In this document: one piece after another, positions 18,497 to 27,474 of the stretch
Numbering within the stretch: the first letter of the stretch is position 1
Layout of the letters: each line of letters opens with the position of its first letter
Virus record (IMG/VR): IMGVR_UViG_3300030107_006898
Location: 1-55,589 of that record
Length of the DNA: 55,589 bases
DNA from: a virus
Taxonomy: Duplodnaviria; Caudoviricetes
Strand: one strand, 5' to 3'
Position numbers and translations under genes: made by a program
Notes under the pieces: generated by a model
Databases searched by the model: none
What the model was told of the DNA's origin: nothing
What the model saw: only the letters and a program-made list of their open reading frames with translations

Positions 18497-18977
18497 GATT
18501 TATCCTTACTATGAATTTGACATCAACACCGAGTATTTCTTTTGTGTCAAATATGACATAATTGTATGTCCGCTTCCCAGCGATGACTGGATTGGTGTGA
18601 GACTCTGTCACAACCTCCTGAGCAACAGAAATGTTCCTCTTCTTGAAAAAATCACGCCACTCTAATAATTCATCAGCAGTGCAGTGCATCCCAAGATGGC
18701 TAACAGAGTTGACTTTTCTAGGCCAATCATTTTTTGCTTCTCTGCTATCCATCCAGTTCTTGCCAGTGGTGTAGTTCAGAACTTCAAATTCATTGCCATC
18801 TATCAAGTCATAGTTGAAAGACAGATCTGCTTCATTGCGGCCAATGGATCCAAAAACTTTTCCCTCTGCCACAACATGATCTTCTGCCCATTCTCCAGCT
18901 CCCATTTCTTCTAGAAGCCTTTTTGCTTTTTCTGGGTAACGTGGGCAAATTGCAATTTGTTCAATTTTGAATTTCAT
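18483..18977 (-). CDS. VOC/glyoxalase-superfamily protein
   Basis: IEQIAI, FEVL, SHLGMH, FDT..ILG.DVKFI pattern resembling methylmalonyl-CoA epimerase-like VOC enzymes. Confidence 0.55.
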   Translation of the reverse strand: MKFKIEQIAICPRYPEKAKRLLEEMGAGEWAEDHVVAEGKVFGSIGRNEADLSFNYDLIDGNEFEVLNYTTGKNWMDSREAKNDWPRKVNSVSHLGMHCTADELLEWRDFFKKRNISVAQEVVTESHTNPVIAGKRTYNYVIFDTKEILGVDVKFIVRINHDSV

Positions 18978-18979
18978 AA

Positions 18980-19654
18980 TTAAGCTCCATATGGCAGGAT
19001 ACAACCTGTCAAAAATTTGTGGTGAGTTTTATCTTGAAGAAGATATGCTATAAATCCAGCAAGCAATTCTGGTGGCGTCTCTTCTCCAGTCAACAGTCCA
19101 TTAAGCTGATACTCTTGAGCAAACTCTTTTGTCCACCCGCGTGTGGCAACAACCTGATCATCAATTGAGTCACTCATCCCTGTGCCAGACATTTTATTGG
19201 GTGCCACACCAAAAACCGTTATGCCATGCTTCTTCGTGAGTTCACGAGCTAGCTGCAAAGTCATTATGTGCGCTGCACCTTTTGATGCATTGTAGGCCAG
19301 AGAGCATGTCATAGGCATGTGGGCTGCATTGCTGACGATGTTAACAATCGTCCCTTTGCTTTTTATAAGCATAGGCAAACAAGCTTGAGACATCATGTAA
19401 ATGCCTTTGGCATTTGTATCCATGACCATGTCCCACTCACCCTCAACGAATTTTTCGAGCCAATTAATTATGTTGACACCTGCATTGTTTATCAGGATGT
19501 CAAGCTCCTCTGGCAAGTCAGACAAGTCTGGGCGGCGAACATCATCACCATTGCCAATATCATAGCCAACAACATTGTGACCTTGATTCGTAAGCTCCTC
19601 AGAAAGAGCCAAGCCAAGACCCTTGCCACTTCCTGTTATAAGAATATTACTCAT
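18980..19654 (-). CDS. Short-chain dehydrogenase/reductase
   Basis: TGSGKGLG, LINNAG, S...YNASK catalytic motif. Confidence 0.9.
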   Translation of the reverse strand: MSNILITGSGKGLGLALSEELTNQGHNVVGYDIGNGDDVRRPDLSDLPEELDILINNAGVNIINWLEKFVEGEWDMVMDTNAKGIYMMSQACLPMLIKSKGTIVNIVSNAAHMPMTCSLAYNASKGAAHIMTLQLARELTKKHGITVFGVAPNKMSGTGMSDSIDDQVVATRGWTKEFAQEYQLNGLLTGEETPPELLAGFIAYLLQDKTHHKFLTGCILPYGA

Positions 19655-19950
19655 TTGTCGTTTTCCTTTCTTTCTTCAGGCATCAAAGATTCAACCATAG
19701 CAGCATAAACAGCAGCATCGTGGATGCTATCTTTGTGTGATAAATTGGTGTTGGCAAACCTCGTCAACTTAACAACCATCAATTCGAATAGGTGCCATTT
19801 GTTGAATTGGTCTTTGCTGGAAAGCTCGATGCCATCAGGGAACAAAGCCATCATAACTTCGCCAACAGACTTATAATTGTCGCCATAAATTTTATTGCGC
19901 TCTCTAAATGTCTCAGCCATTGACAGCAATATTTTATCAGCACTCGGCAT
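19651..19950 (-). CDS. Nmad1/DUF6378-like alpha-helical nucleotide-modification-associated protein
   Basis: ERNKIYG...KLTRF...H.DSIHDAAVYAAM motif; probable ATG at 19950. Confidence 0.55.
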   Translation of the reverse strand: MPSADKILLSMAETFRERNKIYGDNYKSVGEVMMALFPDGIELSSKDQFNKWHLFELMVVKLTRFANTNLSHKDSIHDAAVYAAMVESLMPEERKENDK

Positions 19951-20188
19951 TATTCTTCCCCTCTGCATAGCCATCTGCTTTGCCCTCTTCGTAGGCTTCC
20001 GCTCGGCTCTTCTCAAGCTCAATCACATCTGTGTGTAAACTAGAGGTCTCCGAGCTGAGTTGTTCATATTCATCAGCTTGGCGCACATAATCTTCCAGTG
20101 CCATTCTCAAGCTAGAATTTATATCGAGAACTCTTGCAACTTTTTGGCCATCAATCTCGATATCATTACCAATCAGTCTTATACTCAT
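19937..20188 (-). CDS. Hypothetical protein
   Basis: TGATG-coupled start (MSIRLIG...). Confidence 0.55.
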   Translation of the reverse strand: MSIRLIGNDIEIDGQKVARVLDINSSLRMALEDYVRQADEYEQLSSETSSLHTDVIELEKSRAEAYEEGKADGYAEGKNNAEC

Positions 20189-20622
20189 CAAAAGTCTCCT
20201 TCTTGGACTTGTAAGCATCTGAGGCCAGATTTCCTCCACATGTCAACAACAGACTTCCGGTCATCAAGAACAAACCAAACGTCTGAAATTTTTATGAAGT
20301 TGTCCAATATGTCTTTCTTGACAACATAGTCAGGACGCTTATCTCCAGCCACCCTCATGAAAAGATCATCATAATATATGTCATTTAGATGTAGCCAATC
20401 TTTTGTCTGCATCAAATAACGATTATCTCTCCCTGTAACAAGAAAAATTTTAACTTCATCCGATCTTAGTTGCCTGAGGATATTTGCAATATCCTCGTTG
20501 ACAGAATCATCAATGCAACGAGAGTTAAATTCGTCCCACTCTTTTCGCTCCGCATATTCTAGACGATGATCACAATTGCAGAGCGTCCCATCAAGGTCAC
20601 ATATTATTATTTTCTCTTCCAT
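20188..20622 (-). CDS. HAD phosphatase (T4 PNKP phosphatase-like)
   Basis: CDLDGT, VTGR, LFMR...DKRPD..VK, DDR. Confidence 0.85.
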   Translation of the reverse strand: MEEKIIICDLDGTLCNCDHRLEYAERKEWDEFNSRCIDDSVNEDIANILRQLRSDEVKIFLVTGRDNRYLMQTKDWLHLNDIYYDDLFMRVAGDKRPDYVVKKDILDNFIKISDVWFVLDDRKSVVDMWRKSGLRCLQVQEGDF

Positions 20623-20638
20623 CTTTTCCTCTCTGGTA

Positions 20639-21283
20639 TTAGGGATTAAGAGCTTTGCCCATGGATGGTGCTGCCCATTCAGTTGGCGTCAAGAATGGCA
20701 ATGCCCAAGGATGGACTTTGACGACCTCTGCTATCATGGCTTTAAAAACTTCTTGATGCTCTCCTTGAGCTCTTGGGCTAAGTCTTGACTTGGCAGTTTC
20801 ATGCAGGTTCCTCAAATCAAATTTAGCCACAATGTTGGTGTGGATGTTTGTTGGAAGAACGCCACGCGCATCTTCTGCAGGGACAAGCTCTTTTAGATCT
20901 TGATATGCTTTGTTTATGAGAACCATCGTCTCATCATAGATTGCCTTGGCAATGTCATTCTCTTGTATGCGCATTGGAGTTGTGTAACCAAAGCCCTCCA
21001 TGTCTACTGTGCGTTGAGACTGTTGTGCATAACTCCCCATCCTGTTCCTAACAAATTGGTGGGTGAATGCTCTGCTGACATCCCGGATCTCGAATGTGTA
21101 ATCAACGAACTCCCAACTAGATTTTATTGTTTGAAGCATGTAGTCTAGTTCTTCTTGCTTCTTTTCATCTGACCAGTCTTTGATCATTTCATATGCATCA
21201 GGAACATTCATCAAGCGAGTGTTCTTGGTGAACAGAAGAAGGTTCTTCGCATCTTGGGTATAATTAACGAGTTTAACTTGCAT
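20639..21283 (-). CDS. thyX: Flavin-dependent thymidylate synthase (ThyX)-like protein, variant motif
   Basis: VSRAFTHQFVRNRMGSYAQQSQR (RNR in place of RHR), AEDARGVLP; GGAG RBS before ATG 21283. Confidence 0.8.
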   Translation of the reverse strand: MQVKLVNYTQDAKNLLLFTKNTRLMNVPDAYEMIKDWSDEKKQEELDYMLQTIKSSWEFVDYTFEIRDVSRAFTHQFVRNRMGSYAQQSQRTVDMEGFGYTTPMRIQENDIAKAIYDETMVLINKAYQDLKELVPAEDARGVLPTNIHTNIVAKFDLRNLHETAKSRLSPRAQGEHQEVFKAMIAEVVKVHPWALPFLTPTEWAAPSMGKALNP

Positions 21284-21431
21284 CGATATTCTCCTTGAGT
21301 ATTTTGATTGTTGTTTCGTAGATGTTTTTCCCAACACGAGAGAAAGCATCTTGAGCTGACTCAGCATCTTGTTTTGAAAGTAAAACTACGATCGCCAGAG
21401 CCTGAATGCATATTATGGTGCTCCTGATCAT
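21273..21431 (-). CDS. Small hypothetical protein (52 aa, not in track)
   Basis: ATGA-coupled to the lipoprotein gene; hydrophobic N-terminus. Confidence 0.4.
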   Translation of the reverse strand: MIRSTIICIQALAIVVLLSKQDAESAQDAFSRVGKNIYETTIKILKENIDAS

Positions 21432-21859
21432 GGCTTTATCTCATCAAAAATTTTCGGCTCTTCGGACATGTTGTCGAGTCGGTAAGCAAGCAAGATATAA
21501 ACTCTGAAAGAGTTCTCTTCCTCAACTACCTCTATCTCTTTCCTTTCAAAGCCTGACAAGTTGACATTGTCAATAGTCTCGACAGAAGCAATCTCTGAGA
21601 GGTTCTTGCCATTCGCACCGCGATAATATTTTGACCTGCCATTGACATTTGTCGAAAGGTGGCTGGCAAGAGTTCTCTTCGCACTCATCTCAGAGACATC
21701 TATTGCAAATTGAAGATTTTTGTCTGAGGCATAGCCAGAGGCATATACTTTTCCGCTCTCTGTTGGTGGCTCGGTGTACCAATCTGGTGCATCTGCTAAC
21801 TGGCCGCCTGATGAACACGCACTAAGCAACAATGTAAGAATTATGATTTCCTTTCTCAT
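21428..21859 (-). CDS. LPP20-like lipoprotein
   Basis: Lipobox LSAC, PDWY..P, YASG. Confidence 0.7.
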   Translation of the reverse strand: MRKEIIILTLLLSACSSGGQLADAPDWYTEPPTESGKVYASGYASDKNLQFAIDVSEMSAKRTLASHLSTNVNGRSKYYRGANGKNLSEIASVETIDNVNLSGFERKEIEVVEEENSFRVYILLAYRLDNMSEEPKIFDEIKP

Positions 21860-21870
21860 TTTGATCCTTT

Positions 21871-22791
21871 CTAGTTTTTGGTGTGTAGTGATAAATTGTA
21901 TGAGCTGCTTTCGCTCAAGAAATTTTCTATTACAGCAACATCTTTGACAACATCATCCAACAGAAGCTGTCGCCAAGTCGCAAACCTCCCGAGAGAATAT
22001 ATGTTGTGCTCTTTGGTTAAATAAAATATGAAATCTTTTCTGAGGCGCTCATCTATCGGCAATATCTTACCGTATTTCTGACTGCCTGTTTGTGGGTTTT
22101 CTACTGAACGAACACGTATACCAAAATCGTCACGCAGGAAATTCATTATACTAATTCCTGGATTTGAATTTGGCTTCTTGGCATACTCAGCTATGACAAC
22201 ATTGCCGATTATAGAAACTCTGTATTGATCATCAAATGGATCTGGATAATATATCGTTTGATAAACATTTATGTCTGGGTCTGAAATTATCCCGGCATGA
22301 GTCCATATCTCAGTCCTTCTGAACTCCGGTACATCTTCCCAGCCGACAATCTTCATCATAGCTGGCATCGGTATTGTGCTTATTATTGGTTCTGATTTTT
22401 GCAGATTTTCTGATGTCAGCCTCTGATTGTAATCTATCTTGCAGTTGAGAGCCATCGAGCTTATCAAATCAAGGGGAGCTATATACCTTGTTGATGGGGA
22501 CAAATCAGATATTGATCTTTGCTCAACAGCGCCAGTCACTTTTTCTGAATAGCTATTGCTGAAAAATAAATTTGGCTCTGTGTAAATTTTTCCTTCAAAC
22601 TTTATCGCCTTGTTGACGAAAACTTTCTTGAAAGGTATCCCGCAAGAGTCACCAACACTTGGTGTTCTAAATCTTAACAATGCGGAGTGATTGTTTGGCA
22701 ACTCGCTTTGAGCCTCTTTGACAACTGGCGACATTCTCCTAAGAATGTTTGCTGCCAGCAAGCCAGCCATTCCTGCTCCGTATATTATCAT
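21871..22791 (-). CDS. FAD-dependent oxidoreductase (UDP-galactopyranose mutase-like fold)
   Basis: IIYGAGMAGL, IISTIP, YSLGRFATWR; probable ATG at 22791. Confidence 0.75.
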   Translation of the reverse strand: MIIYGAGMAGLLAANILRRMSPVVKEAQSELPNNHSALLRFRTPSVGDSCGIPFKKVFVNKAIKFEGKIYTEPNLFFSNSYSEKVTGAVEQRSISDLSPSTRYIAPLDLISSMALNCKIDYNQRLTSENLQKSEPIISTIPMPAMMKIVGWEDVPEFRRTEIWTHAGIISDPDINVYQTIYYPDPFDDQYRVSIIGNVVIAEYAKKPNSNPGISIMNFLRDDFGIRVRSVENPQTGSQKYGKILPIDERLRKDFIFYLTKEHNIYSLGRFATWRQLLLDDVVKDVAVIENFLSESSSYNLSLHTKN

Positions 22792-22802
22792 ATTTCTCTC
22801 CA

Positions 22803-22932
22803 AAAAAGTGGAAGGCTCCGATGATTCTGTCGTCTTCGTTGACGGAATTCATCTATGCATGGAGCCTTCCGAGTTTTGCGTAAAGCTAGGTTACAAGGGA
22901 AACAGCCAAGAGACATCCAGCTTTTCAACTCC
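22803..22932 (-). ncRNA. Candidate two-hairpin sRNA/attenuator with intrinsic terminator
   Basis: ggaaggctcc/ggagccttcc stem (22810-22870) followed by U-tract on - strand; upstream stem gagtt..aaagct/agcttt..aactc. Confidence 0.4.
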
Positions 22933-22946
22933 TGATTAAATAAATG

Positions 22947-22973
22947 ATGGGGGGACAATTGTGTCCCCCCATT
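22947..22973 (-). terminator. GC-rich hairpin terminator after 22977..23564
   Basis: atggggggac...gtccccccat stem with T-rich flanks. Confidence 0.6.
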
Positions 22974-22976
22974 TTG

Positions 22977-23564
22977 TTAATCACAAACTTCTGCCCAACC
23001 GTGCTTCAGGTCGTATGCGAAGTCTGGGCGACGACCACCGACTGCCATGAAGTCTTGATAGAGCATCGGCCCATTGTTCTTGAGAATTTCCCAAGAGCGA
23101 TGTGCGTGAGTTCCTTCGCGTCTCGGATTGGGAATGCCCTCTTTGACACACACCATTTTGTCTTTGAAAATTCTCCGCTCTGCCGATTTGATCTTTGCAT
23201 CTTGTTTGGCAAAGCGTCGCGCCCTTTTACTTCCCTTAGCTTTTGGCTTTTGAAAAACATCCGAAAGAAAATCTTCGAGAGTATTATCACTCATGGTCAC
23301 CTCACATTCTGATTCGGTCAACATTTTCCAAACTCGACTTTCAGCCGTCTCGCGATCACGAAACTTTGAGATGCGACGCTCTGCCTTGATGTTGTATAAA
23401 CCAACAAGAATGTTCGTTGGGAAAAGACGCTTGTCGCTCAAGCATGTTTTCTCTTTGACAATGTTGAAGCCATTGCCGGAATCCAGAGCTTCTTCTTCTG
23501 AAGCGAAAACTTTGAAGGTCGGAGCCTTTGGCCCGGTCGAGTAGATTGCATACACGTTCGTCAT
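22977..23564 (-). CDS. Hypothetical basic protein with putative C-terminal DNA-binding domain
   Basis: AGAAAGGA RBS; NPRREG...GGRRPD..YD...G motif. Confidence 0.6.
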   Translation of the reverse strand: MTNVYAIYSTGPKAPTFKVFASEEEALDSGNGFNIVKEKTCLSDKRLFPTNILVGLYNIKAERRISKFRDRETAESRVWKMLTESECEVTMSDNTLEDFLSDVFQKPKAKGSKRARRFAKQDAKIKSAERRIFKDKMVCVKEGIPNPRREGTHAHRSWEILKNNGPMLYQDFMAVGGRRPDFAYDLKHGWAEVCD

Positions 23565-23664
23565 TTCTGTTTCCTTTCTCAAAAAATCACGAGACCCTTT
23601 GCCTCTACTGACTCAACCCCAGCAGCCGAACTGTTTGGGGTCTTTGTCAATATGTCTGGGGAGA

Positions 23665-23865
23665 CTAGAGGTAGGTGAATCGTGCTCCGGGGTAATCCTC
23701 AGCAGCATCGGCGATCGAGCCGTAAACCTCTGTGAAACTTTTTTCGCCAGAGCCATCACAAGCGAAGCAATCAACTTCTTTAACAGAAGGATCATTCGGG
23801 TGGCCTAAGCAAACTTGTCCGTAGCCATCGCAGTCGGGGCAAGAAATAGTAACCTTGAATTCCAT
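23665..23865 (-). CDS. Small DnaJ-type zinc-finger protein
   Basis: CPDCDGYG and CFACDGSG (CxxCxGxG twice); CTGAGAAAGG RBS. Confidence 0.7.
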   Translation of the reverse strand: MEFKVTISCPDCDGYGQVCLGHPNDPSVKEVDCFACDGSGEKSFTEVYGSIADAAEDYPGARFTYL

Positions 23866-23910
23866 GTCATTTCCTTTCTCAGATCGGGGCCAATCCCCGT
23901 TGACAAAATT

Positions 23911-23971
23911 ATTATCTCTTTTATTCACAAAAAAGTAAAGCATTTTCTTTCTTTTATATATCAATGACTTA
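23911..23971 (-). promoter_or_regulatory. sigma70-like promoter TTTACT-N17-GATAAT with IHF consensus site
   Basis: -10 23911-23916, -35 23934-23939, TATCAA-TGAC-TTA 23959-23971. Confidence 0.75.
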
Positions 23972-23972
23972 G

Positions 23973-25442
23973 TTACATATCAAAAAATTTTATTGTCCTT
24001 GGCCTCACCAAAAACAAATTTTTGCGCGCTCTTGTCACCGCAACATACCACACCCTGATCTCCTCATCAAGTGTGCTGGCCTTCCAGGACAAGCCACCCA
24101 TGTCTGTGACAAGGGCAACATTGTCTGCCTCGCCACCTTTGACTTGATGAATTGTGCTTATCGTTATGCGCGGCTCCTCTCCAAATTTTTCTCCATTGTG
24201 CAGGCACGCCCTGAGATATTCCCTTTCGTCCGGGGAGATGTTTCTCAACATAGTCATCCAGTCATGTTGGCGAGCTTGTTCTGTGAAGCCAAAGTCTCTC
24301 AATCTATATTCTTTCAGCACTGGAAGATCTATCTTTGTCGGTATGAATTCAATCATGTTCTTTGCTTCGGAAACACTGATCGATCTGCCCTTCCTCAAAC
24401 CTTCCCAGGATATTATCGCTCTTGTCTCTTTTGTATCTGTTGAGTAGCCACCGAACATTTTGTATGCATAGCCTTGCTGGTGACAAATTTTCTTGAACCT
24501 TGTCAAAAAATATTTTGATCTCGACAAGAGCATCCAGGACTCATTGCCTGACAAATCAATTTCTTCTTCATGAGCAACCCATTCAACATTTCCTTGCTCC
24601 TCGCGAGCACCCCACTCTTTCTCATATCTATTTTTTATTCGACCACAAATAGATTGAGCAAACTTGTGAACCAGCGCAGGAGTCCTGTAACTGTGTGGGA
24701 GTATTTTTTTGTCACCTTTAAGAGATAAAAATTTCCTTATGTCTGCACCAGCCCATCCGAAGATTGCTTGATCATCATCTCCAGCTATGTAAATCTTAGA
24801 AGCCATCTTTGAAGCATTTATGGCCATCTTGTATTGTATGGAAGAGAGGTCTTGCGCTTCGTCGAAAATGCAAATGTCAACATCTAGCTCTGAGTTGTAT
24901 CTTTCAAGCATGTCGGTGAAATCAAGCAAGCCATTTTCTTCTTTGTACCTCTTGACGACATTCGCATACTGCTGACATGCATGGAGTGTCAGGTCAGGTT
25001 CATTTGAAAGTTCATATTGCTGCTCGATGCTGCACATCCGAACCCGGCTCAATGTTTCTATCCGGGAACACTTGTCGCCCAATCCATCACCAATCGGCAT
25101 GTGAACAGCATCATCATATATTCCTCTGAATTCAACACCGAGTGTTCTACCAAGTTTTTTATAATGGTTCTGGGTCATAACCTCATCACGCTGGATCCCA
25201 AGCTGACGAAAAGCTAGTGAGTGAAGTGTTCTGAAATATGGCAACCTACTTTCATCAATGTTGAACCTCGCCATTGCACGCTCTTGAGCCTCGTGCGCTG
25301 CTTTGCGAGTGAATGCAAGGTAAGCAATTCTTTCTGGCGGTATGCCAGATTCAATCGCCTCATCAACAATGTTAAGAAGTGTTGTTGTTTTTCCAGTTCC
25401 TGGAGGACCAAGAATTATGTTAACTCTGGATTGTGTTTCCAT
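23973..25442 (-). CDS. UvrD/Rep-like SF1 helicase
   Basis: GPPGTGKT, DEAQD, GDDDQAI, STIHQVKGGE, YVAVTRA. Confidence 0.9.
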   Translation of the reverse strand: METQSRVNIILGPPGTGKTTTLLNIVDEAIESGIPPERIAYLAFTRKAAHEAQERAMARFNIDESRLPYFRTLHSLAFRQLGIQRDEVMTQNHYKKLGRTLGVEFRGIYDDAVHMPIGDGLGDKCSRIETLSRVRMCSIEQQYELSNEPDLTLHACQQYANVVKRYKEENGLLDFTDMLERYNSELDVDICIFDEAQDLSSIQYKMAINASKMASKIYIAGDDDQAIFGWAGADIRKFLSLKGDKKILPHSYRTPALVHKFAQSICGRIKNRYEKEWGAREEQGNVEWVAHEEEIDLSGNESWMLLSRSKYFLTRFKKICHQQGYAYKMFGGYSTDTKETRAIISWEGLRKGRSISVSEAKNMIEFIPTKIDLPVLKEYRLRDFGFTEQARQHDWMTMLRNISPDEREYLRACLHNGEKFGEEPRITISTIHQVKGGEADNVALVTDMGGLSWKASTLDEEIRVWYVAVTRARKNLFLVRPRTIKFFDM

Positions 25443-25632
25443 CCCTGACTTTCTCCATCCACTCTTTAACAGTCATCAGCTCTTTCATGTGATTGAAGCT
25501 GAATGTTCCTTTCTCGAGTAAAATTTCTAGGCAGTCAAGCAACTCGATTATTGGTTGCTCTTTGGTTGAGCGAAATCTTTCTACTTTCTGCTTTCGCTCA
25601 TTTTCATACCCATACTCTTCGGGTGATGTCAT
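25420..25632 (-). CDS. Hypothetical protein
   Basis: Coupled in operon. Confidence 0.5.
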   Translation of the reverse strand: MTSPEEYGYENERKQKVERFRSTKEQPIIELLDCLEILLEKGTFSFNHMKELMTVKEWMEKVRDGNTIQS

Positions 25633-25775
25633 TTTTGCAGCCTCTCTATTTCCTTCACTCTGTCTTGTAATTTTTTCATCTTATCCATTCTGTTGGCCTC
25701 TAACATGATAGATGGAATAATCATGTGTATGCAGCCAGACAAAAAAATTAAAATAATAATTATTGATATCTTCAT
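25629..25775 (-). CDS. Small lipoprotein (48 aa, not in track)
   Basis: MKISIIIILIFLSGC lipobox; ATGA coupling on both sides. Confidence 0.6.
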   Translation of the reverse strand: MKISIIIILIFLSGCIHMIIPSIMLEANRMDKMKKLQDRVKEIERLQK

Positions 25776-25927
25776 TTGCCTTTTGATTGGGCTTTGTCAA
25801 TTGGCCTATCACAAGATCCGCAACAAATCTCTTTATTTATTATTTTTGCTCTCGTAAACAATCCACACCAAGGACAATCCCTCAATTCATCATCATATTC
25901 CCAGTGCTGTATGTCACTCGTTTTCAT
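25772..25927 (-). CDS. Small zinc-ribbon protein
   Basis: CPWC...CGSC; TGATG-coupled start. Confidence 0.55.
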   Translation of the reverse strand: MKTSDIQHWEYDDELRDCPWCGLFTRAKIINKEICCGSCDRPIDKAQSKGK

Positions 25928-27474
25928 CAAAAGTCTTCCTCTATTGTGGGTGGCAAGCCTAGTGGCTCCTCCTCGTAAAACTCTGGCGCGGGCACAGACC
26001 ATACTTTTATCGCCTTTCCTTTTATCCTGAATTGTCCTCTATCGCCACCAGCTTCTCTGAGCCATGACCAAATTTGATGTTGGCTGTGAAACCGGAAGCG
26101 TCTTGCCTCTAAGTATATGAAGAGATCTTCAGACCTAAAATAAACTTTTTCACCCTCTTTGTCATGCCAAGGCTTAGCATTCATTATCTCATCACGATGG
26201 CGTGCCTGAACTTTACCAGTCAAAAATGCATCAAGAACTTTCTCAAACTGACCGCGTGGTGAGGCATCATCAGGATCATTGATGACCTCGACAACAGTCA
26301 ACAATTCATTAACACGGCTCTCCCATCGGGGCTGAGGCATTATTGATGGGCACTTGTTCAGCTTCTCCACGCAGAGCCTTTGGAGCTTGCGCTGCTCAAG
26401 GAGCTGATCTGTTGTGACCTCTATCCGCTCCCCCTGCATTTCGATGTACCACCTAACCGACGATCTGTTCTCAGTTTCATATTTTGTTATTGAATCGATC
26501 TCTATTGCATTCCCGCCGAAGCCACCACCGACACCATAGGCTCTTTTCAGACACTTGGATTTCTCACAATAGTTGCATATTGGTGCTTGTTTGCAGGTGT
26601 AGGCATATTCTTTTTTTGAAACACCTTTTATAATTCCACCAGCTTCTCCACTTGATAGTGGTGGATCAAAGTGTTCATAGTTGTGTTTCATTATTTCTTC
26701 TTGCCAATCGTCTGGGTTCTTCTTGCGGTAGTAAACTCCAATGTTAAATAAACTTACGTTACGCGTCCCCTCAGGGAAACCCATGGTTGATAGGTGCTGG
26801 AGGCAAGGTGGCCCATCATTGAAAAGCTCTGTCAGCTCTGGCTCAAAGTCATCAAGCTGCTCTGCCCTGACACGCTTGCTCTCTGCCAAGTCTAAAAATT
26901 CAGAGAGGCTTAGTTTCTTGCCTTCATGAATTGCATAACGCTCTGAATCATCACCGCCATGGTAAGCTAAGTTTATCCAATTGCCTCTGTCTTGCTCATT
27001 GGCACGAGAGACTTGTTTGGGAAATATCTCAACACCACCATAACCCAATTGAGCAGAGAAAGCACTCAACTTTTCGACCATCTCTTTGGCGGGTATTTCT
27101 GGATCGCAAAAAAGATAGAGATGGGCACCTCCACTTTTGCTCCTGCACAAAACCAATGGAGTGTGACGTATTTTCTTCTCTAGCTCTTCGAGCGGCTCCT
27201 CTAGTTTAACAACACCACGAATGTCAATATCAATACAGCCGAAAGAGCAGTGATTGTTTTCCTTCAGCATAATTATGCCCAGTATGTATGGCCCACCATC
27301 GAGGTGTTCTTTGTAATTTTCCTCGGTCGCTGGCTCTGAGTTTGTTATCGCCCTACCAGAGAGTTTGCCATCGTCTCCTTGGCTTGTAACTCGATATTGT
27401 CCGTGTGCCTTTTCATAACCGTCAAATAATCTCATAAATCTTTTTATGTCACTCAATTCATCCTCCATAGCCAT
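25927..27474 (-). CDS. AEP-superfamily primase with PriCT-like domain
   Basis: CIDID, RSKSGGAHLY, EIFPKQ, PPCL..G.RN, C-terminal Cys cluster; start may be TTG at 27456 after GGAGG. Confidence 0.8.
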   Translation of the reverse strand: MAMEDELSDIKRFMRLFDGYEKAHGQYRVTSQGDDGKLSGRAITNSEPATEENYKEHLDGGPYILGIIMLKENNHCSFGCIDIDIRGVVKLEEPLEELEKKIRHTPLVLCRSKSGGAHLYLFCDPEIPAKEMVEKLSAFSAQLGYGGVEIFPKQVSRANEQDRGNWINLAYHGGDDSERYAIHEGKKLSLSEFLDLAESKRVRAEQLDDFEPELTELFNDGPPCLQHLSTMGFPEGTRNVSLFNIGVYYRKKNPDDWQEEIMKHNYEHFDPPLSSGEAGGIIKGVSKKEYAYTCKQAPICNYCEKSKCLKRAYGVGGGFGGNAIEIDSITKYETENRSSVRWYIEMQGERIEVTTDQLLEQRKLQRLCVEKLNKCPSIMPQPRWESRVNELLTVVEVINDPDDASPRGQFEKVLDAFLTGKVQARHRDEIMNAKPWHDKEGEKVYFRSEDLFIYLEARRFRFHSQHQIWSWLREAGGDRGQFRIKGKAIKVWSVPAPEFYEEEPLGLPPTIEEDF

